This document shows positions 35,501 to 43,303 of a stretch of DNA of 64,000 nt, in pieces. A program made the position numbers and the translations under genes. Below the pieces are notes generated by a model. It was not told where the DNA came from. It saw only the letters and a program-made list of their open reading frames with translations, and did not search any database. Location of the stretch: positions 1 through 64,000 of the IMG/VR virus record IMGVR_UViG_3300017783_000006, one strand, 5' to 3'. How positions within the stretch are numbered: the stretch's first letter is position 1; every line of letters starts with the position of its first letter. This DNA comes from a virus.

Positions 35501-37977
35501 CCAACAGTTTTTGATTCTTGAACTACATATCCTGCTTCAGGTGGTTTAGCATTATCGTATTCCTTGGGGATTACATAACGTAATCTATATACTTTATCAT
35601 CAATGGAACGATTATCTGACTTTCTTCTGAAGAAAGCTGCAGATGTTTCTTCACCTAAGGTTGCAAGACCAGTAGTAACGATTGCTGTGTAAATTTTGTT
35701 TACACTACCATCATTGTCACTAATTAAATACCAGTTATTTTCTACTGGGTCCCATTGTATTGGGTGCCCAAGTTGACCAGGAACTTTATCTGATACTCTA
35801 CTTACAATTTTTAGAATACCACCATTATTATTGATTCCTAAAACAGGGGTATCTGATATCGCATCATTTAGGGATTGAGCAATCTTTAACTGATTTGAGC
35901 TAAGTCCACCACCAGTAATAGCATAATAAATTCCCTCATTATCCAAACCATCGGGAGTTTGTCCAGTGTCACTAAAGACTCTAATTCTCTCACCATTAAG
36001 GAACTGGTGAGTTTGTGTTAGATTGATAGTATTATTACTAATAAGGTTTTGACCATTATTTCTACTTACTTCATATTCTTTTCTTGCGGATACCCTGTCT
36101 CCAAATGGTACAGGCATTAAAATAGGTGCAGTATATGTTGTCTGTGCCGTACCTACTGTAACTGTTAAACTTAAAGTATCACCATCTCTAGCACCAATTC
36201 TAAATCCATCAATTTGATAAGGTGGGATAGTATCTTCGTTAGTTTGGTCGAAAATATAAAGTCTTGATGGATCTGATGAGTTGATTGTCTTCTCTACATC
36301 AAGAGACAACCAGTTTACTTCGTTCTCATCACCGAGTAGACCTCTAGGTGGAACAACGTGTGTAATATAACCAACATCATCTCTGTCAAATGATTCTGGT
36401 TTGAAACTAACTGCTTCTAATGATGTATTACCGAAGTTGGAGTTGGAGTTAGTAATTGATTGGTCTCCACCAGTCTCTGCCACAAAGTGTTTTGCAAAAC
36501 CGATAGCAAAGATAGAAACACACTGAATAAATGCATTATTTGAACACTTGATGTGGAAGTTTTCCCAATCTGGTTTAAATATTGCCCTTGAATTAGTGTG
36601 TAGGGGTTTCGATAAACTATTTGCTGGAAGAGTATTCTCTTCATAGAAGGTGCCATTATCATATAGAATGAATGCATTATTATCTTTCTGAAGGCTAACG
36701 CCAGTGAACTGAGCGGTCACCATTGACTTGAATCCAGTGGCTTTGCTACCATCAGCGTGCATACCATTCATACCAAAAACTGATCTCAGTGAACAGTTAA
36801 AGATATATGGTGATGCAGAACTTACAGTATCAGAACCAACTGTAACTGTTGCAGTATCGAAGAATGATACGTCAGGTAAGAAGTCGAGTGGTGTTTGGTT
36901 AGCTGTATATTTGAATGTATTGATACCAACAACATCACTTACTGTGTATGAACCATTATATGATTCACCATCTATTGTTACTCCACTAATTAAGAATGGA
37001 CTATCAACATATAGATTGTGGGGTGCAGTATCTCCCGTAAGTTTGTTTGAAGTTGTTACTGTAATCTCATTTAAATCACCAGTTCCATTACCGTTACCTG
37101 CTTTAATGCTAGTAATTCCTAATGGGTTTGCATCAAGTGAACCAACAATTCTAAATTCATCGACAGATGGTTCAAAGTCCTCTGTTACTGGGAAGTCACC
37201 AAGACCTCTACCAGTAATATCACCATATGCCTTTGCGACCTTGTAGTAATACATATCAAGGTCAGATAGGTATGTCTGGTAATCTGCCAGAGCAACCATA
37301 TTTACACCGTCACCATACTCAAAGCAGGTTACTTTATGGTGTGAGTAGTTAGGAACTACTTGTGTTCCAGAATAGTCTTTATATACACTCTTTGTTGGGT
37401 CTGCGTCAAATATACTAAAAGCAGTAAAATAACAAGTACCTGTTACGTTTAAAATACTTGTGGTCTCAATATTATCGTCTTCTGGATCGGGAACATATAA
37501 TGGACGAATTTTGGTTTTTCTTAGGTCCAAACCAATAATTGAAGTACCTCTAGGCAGTATAGCACCACCACTTACAGAGTTGTACTTGTATAAGTCGTTT
37601 GATGGACTTAGAATATCAAAATTGGTAAGTTCATTAAATTCTGTTAGTGTTGTTTGTTCCCAAATGTCTGGAGCAGTTCTTCTTTTATATACTGCAACTC
37701 CACCAATCTCTTCGATAGAATAACCAGGTCTGTTATCAATATAGTGAGTTCCAGGATAAACTAGAATAGTCGTTCTATCTATTCTATCATTATTCTCACC
37801 TGTTTGATATGAGAATCTAGCTGCTTCTATTAATGCTCTCTGAATTGTTTTGAATGGTCTCGTCAGTGAATTACCTTGATTCTCAAAACTATCGGTAGCA
37901 TCAAAATCCGATGGATTCACATAAAGAATATTACCTTCAGCATTCTTAAGAAAATTCTCTAGTCTTGATAATGGCAT
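29539..37977 (-). CDS. giant tail fibre (2812 aa) with tail-collar domain and His-rich needle
   Basis: MPLSRLENFL N-terminus, beta-rich repeats, collar PIGSVHYF..PEGYLICDG..LF..LG..LPDLR, 26 HxH motifs; late promoter at 38008-38014. Confidence 0.88.
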   Translation of the reverse strand: MPLSRLENFLKNAEGNILYVNPSDFDATDSFENQGNSLTRPFKTIQRALIEAARFSYQTGENNDRIDRTTILVYPGTHYIDNRPGYSIEEIGGVAVYKRRTAPDIWEQTTLTEFNELTNFDILSPSNDLYKYNSVSGGAILPRGTSIIGLDLRKTKIRPLYVPDPEDDNIETTSILNVTGTCYFTAFSIFDADPTKSVYKDYSGTQVVPNYSHHKVTCFEYGDGVNMVALADYQTYLSDLDMYYYKVAKAYGDITGRGLGDFPVTEDFEPSVDEFRIVGSLDANPLGITSIKAGNGNGTGDLNEITVTTSNKLTGDTAPHNLYVDSPFLISGVTIDGESYNGSYTVSDVVGINTFKYTANQTPLDFLPDVSFFDTATVTVGSDTVSSASPYIFNCSLRSVFGMNGMHADGSKATGFKSMVTAQFTGVSLQKDNNAFILYDNGTFYEENTLPANSLSKPLHTNSRAIFKPDWENFHIKCSNNAFIQCVSIFAIGFAKHFVAETGGDQSITNSNSNFGNTSLEAVSFKPESFDRDDVGYITHVVPPRGLLGDENEVNWLSLDVEKTINSSDPSRLYIFDQTNEDTIPPYQIDGFRIGARDGDTLSLTVTVGTAQTTYTAPILMPVPFGDRVSARKEYEVSRNNGQNLISNNTINLTQTHQFLNGERIRVFSDTGQTPDGLDNEGIYYAITGGGLSSNQLKIAQSLNDAISDTPVLGINNNGGILKIVSRVSDKVPGQLGHPIQWDPVENNWYLISDNDGSVNKIYTAIVTTGLATLGEETSAAFFRRKSDNRSIDDKVYRLRYVIPKEYDNAKPPEAGYVVQESKTVGVTSVSYTNDVLTNTKDLRNERVIVNAVAAPVIADSQVITLTTELPHGFIEGDEVKVQKIRSTNNPLSVGIVSTYNGIYTITNILNSKQFQYITDGVKVEPGTFTNDINLRNTRQQREALPVVSRDEYKESYFIYRVNQIKKHVPGDDGQDGIYHLVCLNSSVSPDSNVGYGLYTKQFSQDVRNLYPQQDRDNLNTNPKSSVSYSDLKVIGDVITNDKRHSITREGLDYFIKGTKVGYAVTQLDLSGTNNSTITVFTDVEHNLNSIKTFTNTAGSGYTPSSTLFSVQLTAISSNGEGATAKVTTDATGGISNVELLDPGSAYAVGDDLSIPGGTVNATISITGINDNTTDAIELNGYYVDDLNDAFEINSIPSAKSIVLNAPLGISTNDPNSSGELGYVIPSGNVVSISAFEMSDTETGIATFTTSNSHGLFAGNNINIVSTGITAFDASVLVKGVVGLTTFTVEILGVGSTALGSTGKVIKRVFSSNAKTLGRGEENIASRATTLYDKKINYVNSAFDNTSTTINFSDPDSVIRGEYYQINNEIVRISGSSNPFSVLRGKFGTIKTTALVNTLARKIFPIPSELRRPSFMRASGHTFEYLGFGPGNYSTGMPQKQNRILSEQEVLKSQSKEQRGGSVVYTGMNDLGEFFSGSKKLSSATGEESVVDAPVITYTGDDAEGENTNLSSGIFDELLVRRRITVEGGENTNQTSQFYGPVNFTNKVTNTSELGIETKNLFLKGNAQQAKLLTVGISTPTSSAKTPGDIKFISNPIDGYIGHVYTEGEWRQWGFISAVADEKTLMIDHLGIGNVPVPQNLIKLRVSDQTIVENLQVTGVLTLDQGQELGDVIFQDITVRGTGYFTNSKIDPITGLPPYRTILCEGGTQEFFNIEVVGFTTFTGRVDFLSNVYGIGGRFGNINVGIFNDNAITKVSGTGALVLDSDPNDRNGIVRIEDNFQVLSNTDANVYQTWSTRDGLGIGTAVTAALEINTINVAEDIVSLDLGIGNNSGSAKLALHTNDTGYPDGTFIINDLANGDATITKRGSSGTLKIEAPDPSADMIFTVGTNQNFHITPLGHFHFEQSNSGKELEGNHLKIDQKGNGDAVLSWHRSKNNANVRWYSGIDASDGNSWKLANPATTTAAGNEDFDRASETKLKIDTSGNTNILGTLDVGGNTISTPTTTTFNLVNTNISTLNFAKTASSITMGNNSASSFVSIRGTTQATSCTTGSLRVAGGVGIAKNLYVCGKIGPAVFNSTVTIEGTLTLEDNVTIDGTTTFTKTTNNTLCNVNTGSVQFDGGVGIAKNVSIGQGLCVQNNSTFKGNITAASFIKQGGGSTNGQSHFLRANGTDTILQQQDFINTLTYVPQPPITMNGYPKGNSVRLNSIANQFNGSKRTFNLFAPDGAAFEPEGPANLLVYLDGDTLLEPGADYIIPFSGTSPNFNYNPQIQFIVAPSAGKSCHIIALGGQGMVLDDEGWTAKGQIAVGKQQNRAEMLNVGSNDQVLVANSSQTLGVKWMWMQQQPPIGSVHYFAAAQAPEGYLICDGSIVPNGTGNVQGRTADYSHLFSILGNTFGANGKLPDLREKDVMGSGNGPISGGGHNVGQTGGKNEHKINANDVPSHAHPLSQNGTHNHPTAVSTHNGHEHPLSSNGTHEHPTSVSQHDGHAHQHNIGTQGSHSHNGETGAQGGHTHEYNMGPIGNHRHPGSGTKQNGKHNHGTATKELGPDAGHTHNVRVVQNGKHAHQGSTTQNGKHAHGGETNTEGYHGHGTRVGDHSHQYRYERGKGGDGDEAAGDDNDPTYNTSDNRPSVSVESNGSHRHNLSVQENGKHSHQIQVQQNGYHGHNASAELNGRHGHPLRITLNENGYHAHQVEVDGDGSHRHPLALTPIANHSHNIIADGGHVHPLSVNTGGSHSHNVDVAPTGNHNHDVGDSGKHNHTVQTGPVANHNHTVGTYGGAGAGQTKIPLHTPWLALLPVIKAYYVGPKTTKNW

Positions 37978-38031
37978 TTTATTACAACAATAATACTTTA
38001 TCTAACTTATTTATCAAGACTCACAATAGAC

Positions 38032-38592
38032 TTATTTAAATTCTGGACCAGTTGCCCAAACAACCAAAACATCACGAATTCCAGATGACACTGAATGTGC
38101 CTTATGGGGTGTTTTTGAGTTGAATATTACTGTATCACCATATTCTTTTCCTAAAAATATATGTTGCCCATATTGATTTATTAGTTCCAATTCACCATCC
38201 CCATAATCTGAGGAATGACTAAATTGAACACTTAAACTCAATTTTCTTACAGAACCTTCAATATGACTTGAACCGTAATCACAATGCCATTTATAATTTC
38301 CATTCGGATAATATTTAAGCAATTGGATATCCAAATGACCATCTAAATCATAGTTAAAATATATATCATTATATTTTTGTAGATATTTCTGAATTATTCC
38401 ACTTACTTTTGAGTAATTTTCAGCATCTAAATGATTCGGATAAGCAATGCTAGTTAAACGATATTGTTTATCATCCTCATAAGATATCTTTTGCTCAGTA
38501 TAAGGTAAATGTAAGCAAGAATTTTTTATATTTTTTATATCTTCTTCTTCAAATTTTAAGAAATAGTTTGACTTTACTACTTTATGTATCAT
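38032..38592 (-). CDS. 2OG-Fe(II) oxygenase, PKHD-type
   Basis: WHCD..RKLSLS..Y.DGEL..H.A..V.SG.R.VLV.W..GP; start revised because the track start lies inside tRNA-Thr. Confidence 0.9.
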   Translation of the reverse strand: MIHKVVKSNYFLKFEEEDIKNIKNSCLHLPYTEQKISYEDDKQYRLTSIAYPNHLDAENYSKVSGIIQKYLQKYNDIYFNYDLDGHLDIQLLKYYPNGNYKWHCDYGSSHIEGSVRKLSLSVQFSHSSDYGDGELELINQYGQHIFLGKEYGDTVIFNSKTPHKAHSVSSGIRDVLVVWATGPEFK

Positions 38593-38607
38593 AATAACAA
38601 AATAAAA

Positions 38608-38679
38608 AGCCTTCGACAAGATTTGAACTTGCGACCTGAGCTTTACAAAAGCCCTGCTCTACCACTGAGCTACAAAGGC
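38608..38679 (-). tRNA. tRNA-Thr (TGT)
   Basis: GCCTTTG...CGAAGGCT; anticodon arm GGGCT-TTTGTAA-AGCTC. Confidence 0.93.
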
Positions 38680-38680
38680 A

Positions 38681-38944
38681 TTAATCTTTAGGCATTTCCT
38701 CTGGATTTTCTAATTCTAATTCATAAATGAGTGGATGACACTCTTCCATAATTAAATAATTTGACCAGTTGTACATGTCTTTGGATTCATAAGAAACGTT
38801 GTCTTTTGCTTCCATTATAACATAAGGGTCATCTTCCATTATTGTAGTTATAGAATCAAATGTAAAAGGTATTCCGTTTATGAAATACATATCTACTATA
38901 GTGCTATTGTGAAAGCAATAATTTGAAGTGATTTTGTATGTCAT
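38681..38944 (-). CDS. hypothetical protein
   Basis: MYFINGIPFTFD...YLIMEECHP. Confidence 0.7.
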   Translation of the reverse strand: MTYKITSNYCFHNSTIVDMYFINGIPFTFDSITTIMEDDPYVIMEAKDNVSYESKDMYNWSNYLIMEECHPLIYELELENPEEMPKD

Positions 38945-38968
38945 AATACAATACCATGTTATTTTTAT

Positions 38969-39178
38969 TTATTTTAAAATATTACTTTCATAACTAGGAG
39001 GATTATACTTTAGGTATTCCCAAAAAGTCAACTTCATTTCCTTTAAAGTCATTCCACAATGCCTTGCTGCTGCTGGGAGATTCATTGTAGCATGAAACAG
39101 TGCTGTATTTGCTTCCTTAACATTTGTTGGGGTAGTTTTTACTCTTTTTTCGATTTCTACTTTATTTGCTTTATTCAA
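38969..39178 (-). CDS. hypothetical protein
   Basis: KTTP.NV.EAN.ALF..MNLP.AA.HCGMT. Confidence 0.7.
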   Translation of the reverse strand: MNKANKVEIEKRVKTTPTNVKEANTALFHATMNLPAAARHCGMTLKEMKLTFWEYLKYNPPSYESNILK

Positions 39179-39342
39179 ACTAAAAGTTCTCCCTTAAGTT
39201 CTGCAAGTTTTGCTTCTGCCAATGCTTGAATACATGTCCAATAAAGTTCCCCACTAACTGGAAAATTTTCATGACAAAAATATTCAGCTGTATCCTCATG
39301 CAACTCAGTCAGTTGACCAAGTGTGCTTCTAGAAATGTTCAT
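39175..39342 (-). CDS. small protein (55 aa, MNISRSTL...; not in ORF track)
   Basis: First ORF after a strong promoter; stop overlaps the next start. Confidence 0.7.
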   Translation of the reverse strand: MNISRSTLGQLTELHEDTAEYFCHENFPVSGELYWTCIQALAEAKLAELKGELLV

Positions 39343-39364
39343 GGTAAATTTTTCTTACCAACGT

Positions 39365-39421
39365 ATTATAGCATAGACTTTTCGGCATGTCAAGAGTCTT
39401 GTGCCAGACTTTGAACTGGTT
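39365..39421 (-). promoter_or_regulatory. consensus sigma70 promoter with upstream dyad
   Basis: TTGACA-N17-TATAAT with TGn; GTGCCAG-N8-CTGGTT. Confidence 0.75.
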
Positions 39422-40016
39422 ACACGTAACTATTGCACTCCCCCTCTATGAAACTCGTCAAACAATATTTTACTCCACTAATTGGTTTTTGTCCTCTATG
39501 TGTAAATATAGGACCTGTAGGAAATATTAATACACTTCCCTCTTTTGGAGATACTTTGCGCCCAAATTTAAATTCTGTACAACCACCTTCATCCACATCA
39601 TTTAAATATATTATTATTGCCAAAATTCTACGTGTATTTCTGGTTAATATTGTGTCATCAGAATGCCAACCGAACCATGAATCATTTTGAACATATTTTT
39701 TGAACATATATCCAGTATCAGATAAATTATCGGGAAGTATTTGATAATTACCAAATTTTTCATACATTAAATTAATATATTTTGTGCATGATAGTTTTAG
39801 TTTTGAGTAAACAAGATCTTCTATGTCACCTAAATTTTTACAATGCTTAACTGGAACCTCTAAAGTCTTTTTCGCATTATTATATTCTGCACCATTTAGA
39901 CCAGAACACATCCCTGGTCTTAAAAACTCTGAATTTTCACACCTGTCTATTATTCTTTTACAATCTTGTTTAGTATACGTGTTGTCAAAAACACATATGA
40001 AGTCATTTAAGTCCAT
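39420..40016 (-). CDS. 2OG-Fe(II) oxygenase, prolyl-4-hydroxylase-like
   Basis: WHSD...IYLNDVDEGG.TEF...FP...HRG..P.SG.KY. Confidence 0.9.
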   Translation of the reverse strand: MDLNDFICVFDNTYTKQDCKRIIDRCENSEFLRPGMCSGLNGAEYNNAKKTLEVPVKHCKNLGDIEDLVYSKLKLSCTKYINLMYEKFGNYQILPDNLSDTGYMFKKYVQNDSWFGWHSDDTILTRNTRRILAIIIYLNDVDEGGCTEFKFGRKVSPKEGSVLIFPTGPIFTHRGQKPISGVKYCLTSFIEGECNSYV

Positions 40017-40030
40017 GAATATAAAAATAA

Positions 40031-40594
40031 CTATGTTTGGAAATATGAAACCGTTTCCGTATCAAAGTCTATAATTGACCTTGCAATTCTTTGACCTTGT
40101 GTTTGTGCGTTCTGGGTCTGAAAAGAAATAGTATTAGTAAATGAACGTGCAGCAGGGAATGTATTTGTTGCAGTGGGATTTTCCCAAGAGACACCAGACT
40201 CTACCATACTACCACCCTGATAAGCATCCATGTTTACGACAATAGGGTTTACACCTATAGTGTAATACCAGAAACCACGTAAATCAACTTCTATCTCAGT
40301 AATTGTTGGATATACACTAAAAAGTGCTGACCTATCAATATAAACCATTTCTGTTCCTGTTCCCGTGTTATCACCTGCCCAGAATGCAACGTCAACACCA
40401 TTGACTGTGAGTCTATCTTGAGCACCCCATCCCAAATATCCAGAGACATTGGGATTTAAGAAACCAAATCTAATATCTAAATCATTTCCATCACTAATTT
40501 TGTAGTTGAATACAAAGTAATCACCATAGATAACTCCAGGGTCACGGAAATCAGCAGTCTTGAAGTTTTTATATAAACCAAATGAAACGGGCAT
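40031..40594 (-). CDS. putative virion protein
   Basis: Beta-rich; DLD...GDNTGTGTE; follows a fibre gene. Confidence 0.55.
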   Translation of the reverse strand: MPVSFGLYKNFKTADFRDPGVIYGDYFVFNYKISDGNDLDIRFGFLNPNVSGYLGWGAQDRLTVNGVDVAFWAGDNTGTGTEMVYIDRSALFSVYPTITEIEVDLRGFWYYTIGVNPIVVNMDAYQGGSMVESGVSWENPTATNTFPAARSFTNTISFQTQNAQTQGQRIARSIIDFDTETVSYFQT

Positions 40595-40603
40595 AATTTA
40601 ATA

Positions 40604-42922
40604 TTAACTGAAGTTGAGTGATGATGTACCGTAAACTCTAATTGCTCCTGTTGAATCTTTGAGAAGAGCAAAACTTAGAATATCTTCATTATTTGTTGGG
40701 TTTGGTGCAATACCACCTGGCCAACGTACTCCACCTGAAACACTAGTTCCATTGATACTGCACTGCTCACCATAAGTAATTAATGAGTCTGAATCAATGA
40801 TAAGAGTGATTGTAGTTGATTTAGATGTTTCTGTATTGATGCCAGTAAATGCCCACTCCGAAACTGTTGTTGTTAGGAATCCAACTGCAATAGTTGACGT
40901 AGAAACATCAATAGTTAGTTTACCAGAACCATTAGGAACAAATTCATCAGCAAAATCACCAATGATGTTCTCTGTTACTGCACCCTCAAAGTGTGCATAT
41001 CCAGCAAGTCTAGCATCACCCAATAAGTCCAATGATGACCTAGGTGTTGTTGAACCGATACCAACTTTATAGTTGCTATCTACAATAACATCACCTTCAA
41101 ATTCACTTCTACCTTGTACTAATAGTTGTGCCGCATAATCACTTGTTACGGTTGTACCAATGCCAACCTTACCATCAGTCTTCCAAATATTTTCATTGCC
41201 ATCCTTCTCCCAGTTTGATGCAATATAAATTTCACCATTTTCGTATAATGTTCCAGTGAAATTAATATTACCATTAACATCCACATTAAACTGAGGAACT
41301 GTATTACCAACTCCCAAGTAATTTGAGGAGGGGTTATAAACTAAGTTGCCATCATCAACTTGTGGAGTTCCTGTATCATCTACAGTCTCCGTAAACATCA
41401 AATTGAATAGTTGATCTGTGGAGTTATCTAAAATACTAACAGATGCAGCAGCACCAACAGTAACATTTTGTGCTGGAGACCACCTTGCTGGATTTGGACC
41501 TTGTGAGGTTAAGACTTCACCAGAAACACCTCTTCCATTAGTTGTATAAATTAAACCGTTGAATTGAACATCACCATTAACATCTAATTCATATGCAGCA
41601 TCAGTTTTAATTCCTATTCTATTTGTAACTGAAATATCAGTTGCTGCTATGCTTGCAACACTTAATGTATTTGCAATTGAAATATTTCCTGTTCCACCAC
41701 CTTCTAGATTGACATTAATTGCAGTGAGATTTGCAATAGTTGCTACTCCAATATAACCATAAGTTACAGTTGAAACCCCAACAGTTGCAATTCCTACATT
41801 AGAGAATTCAACATCTTCACTTGTAATATCTGCATTTGATATAGTTGCTAATCCAATATTTGCATCTACTGCATGGACATACTGAATAGTTGCTACACCA
41901 ATATTTGCATTGGTTGTAGTTGTGTATCCAATAGTTGCAAAGTCTATATCTGCTTCAAAAATACTGGTAATGCCAGAAAAACTTTGATTGGTTGATTTCA
42001 ACTCAGTGATAGTTGCTAAACCTACACTTGAGTATGTACCAACCTGACGATAGACGGTAGATATACCAGTTACATTCTCATTTTCCGTTTCAAATACTGT
42101 TGACTCTAATGTTGATGATGTAGTTACTCCAGAATTAATGTAATCAGCATTAAATCTTGTACTAACTAGGGAATCAATAAGTGATGTGTTAACACCAGTA
42201 GCATCAGGGGCACTTATTGTATTTGCGTTAATATATCCTGCTCTTAATTTTCCTATCTTACTGAAAGTTGCTTCATCATCACCTGGACGAAGAGTTGTTG
42301 CGCCGGTAATTGCTTCTGGATTTCCAATAAAAGCATTTGCTCTTACTTTCCCTTCTGTTCCTACTCCAGAAACGTGTAATCTTTCTGTTGGTACGGTTGT
42401 GCCAAATCCAACGTTACTTACATCTGCATAATAAAAGAGTTCGGGGATTTCTTCTAAGAATCCATCTGCCCCTTTCATTTGGAACTGCCCAAGGTCACCT
42501 TCGGCAGCACTGTCTACAATAATTGTTGCAATACCTGTTTGTTCAGATGATGACGTACCAACATATGCTACTGATACACCAGCACCAACAAAGTCCAAAG
42601 TAAAGAAACTACTTGCTGAACCAACAAGAATTCCTTCATCTCTAATAGTAACAGCACCAGGAACAGCACCTAAACCAAGACCCGAAAGTGCATTAGTTGG
42701 AACCCAGTATCTACTAGGTCCAAATGATGTTCCACCATACGATGCAAGGATATATGCATCACCTTGAGGAAATGGTTTTGCCCCAATTGATGATGGTCCT
42801 ATTATTGGATCACCAAGGTCTGGTTCTGCCTCTGGTAAACTTAGATACTGATACCGACTAGTCGATAATGCATCTTGAGCAAGTTTTATAACTCTTTTAC
42901 TTTGAAAATCAGGTACGCTCAT
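40604..42922 (-). CDS. tail-fibre-like structural protein
   Basis: GIAT/GVAT repeats and VGIGTT.P...L.V.G repeats. Confidence 0.75.
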   Translation of the reverse strand: MSVPDFQSKRVIKLAQDALSTSRYQYLSLPEAEPDLGDPIIGPSSIGAKPFPQGDAYILASYGGTSFGPSRYWVPTNALSGLGLGAVPGAVTIRDEGILVGSASSFFTLDFVGAGVSVAYVGTSSSEQTGIATIIVDSAAEGDLGQFQMKGADGFLEEIPELFYYADVSNVGFGTTVPTERLHVSGVGTEGKVRANAFIGNPEAITGATTLRPGDDEATFSKIGKLRAGYINANTISAPDATGVNTSLIDSLVSTRFNADYINSGVTTSSTLESTVFETENENVTGISTVYRQVGTYSSVGLATITELKSTNQSFSGITSIFEADIDFATIGYTTTTNANIGVATIQYVHAVDANIGLATISNADITSEDVEFSNVGIATVGVSTVTYGYIGVATIANLTAINVNLEGGGTGNISIANTLSVASIAATDISVTNRIGIKTDAAYELDVNGDVQFNGLIYTTNGRGVSGEVLTSQGPNPARWSPAQNVTVGAAASVSILDNSTDQLFNLMFTETVDDTGTPQVDDGNLVYNPSSNYLGVGNTVPQFNVDVNGNINFTGTLYENGEIYIASNWEKDGNENIWKTDGKVGIGTTVTSDYAAQLLVQGRSEFEGDVIVDSNYKVGIGSTTPRSSLDLLGDARLAGYAHFEGAVTENIIGDFADEFVPNGSGKLTIDVSTSTIAVGFLTTTVSEWAFTGINTETSKSTTITLIIDSDSLITYGEQCSINGTSVSGGVRWPGGIAPNPTNNEDILSFALLKDSTGAIRVYGTSSLNFS

Positions 42923-42927
42923 TTTAA

Positions 42928-43284
42928 TTATTGATTAAATGTTTCTAGGATACTAGTTACAAATTTTAAATTACCAGCACTACTTGCACTAATAGAAATA
43001 GTATCGGATGTTTCTAATACCAATTTACCTGCAAGAACGTTAGCAGTATCATTAGGCAGAATTGTAAAGTCTTTTAGTAATTCTGTAGTTACTGTTCCAA
43101 TTCCAGCAACGTTTCTATTATGGTAAAAACTGAAAGTATGTGGTGTTGAATCTATATTAGCAACCTGTGCTAAAAGAGTAACACCAACAAATCCAACTGG
43201 TGCTTCATATACAACTTCAGTTGAAATACCAGCTACTTTAGTAACTGTCCTAAAATTATTAACCGCAGCGTTTGCAATAGCCAT
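42928..43284 (-). CDS. virion structural protein
   Basis: YEAP.G...AQVAN...GKLVLE..D...SILET. Confidence 0.65.
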   Translation of the reverse strand: MAIANAAVNNFRTVTKVAGISTEVVYEAPVGFVGVTLLAQVANIDSTPHTFSFYHNRNVAGIGTVTTELLKDFTILPNDTANVLAGKLVLETSDTISISASSAGNLKFVTSILETFNQ

Positions 43285-43303
43285 TTTCTTTTAAATACTC
43301 CTA

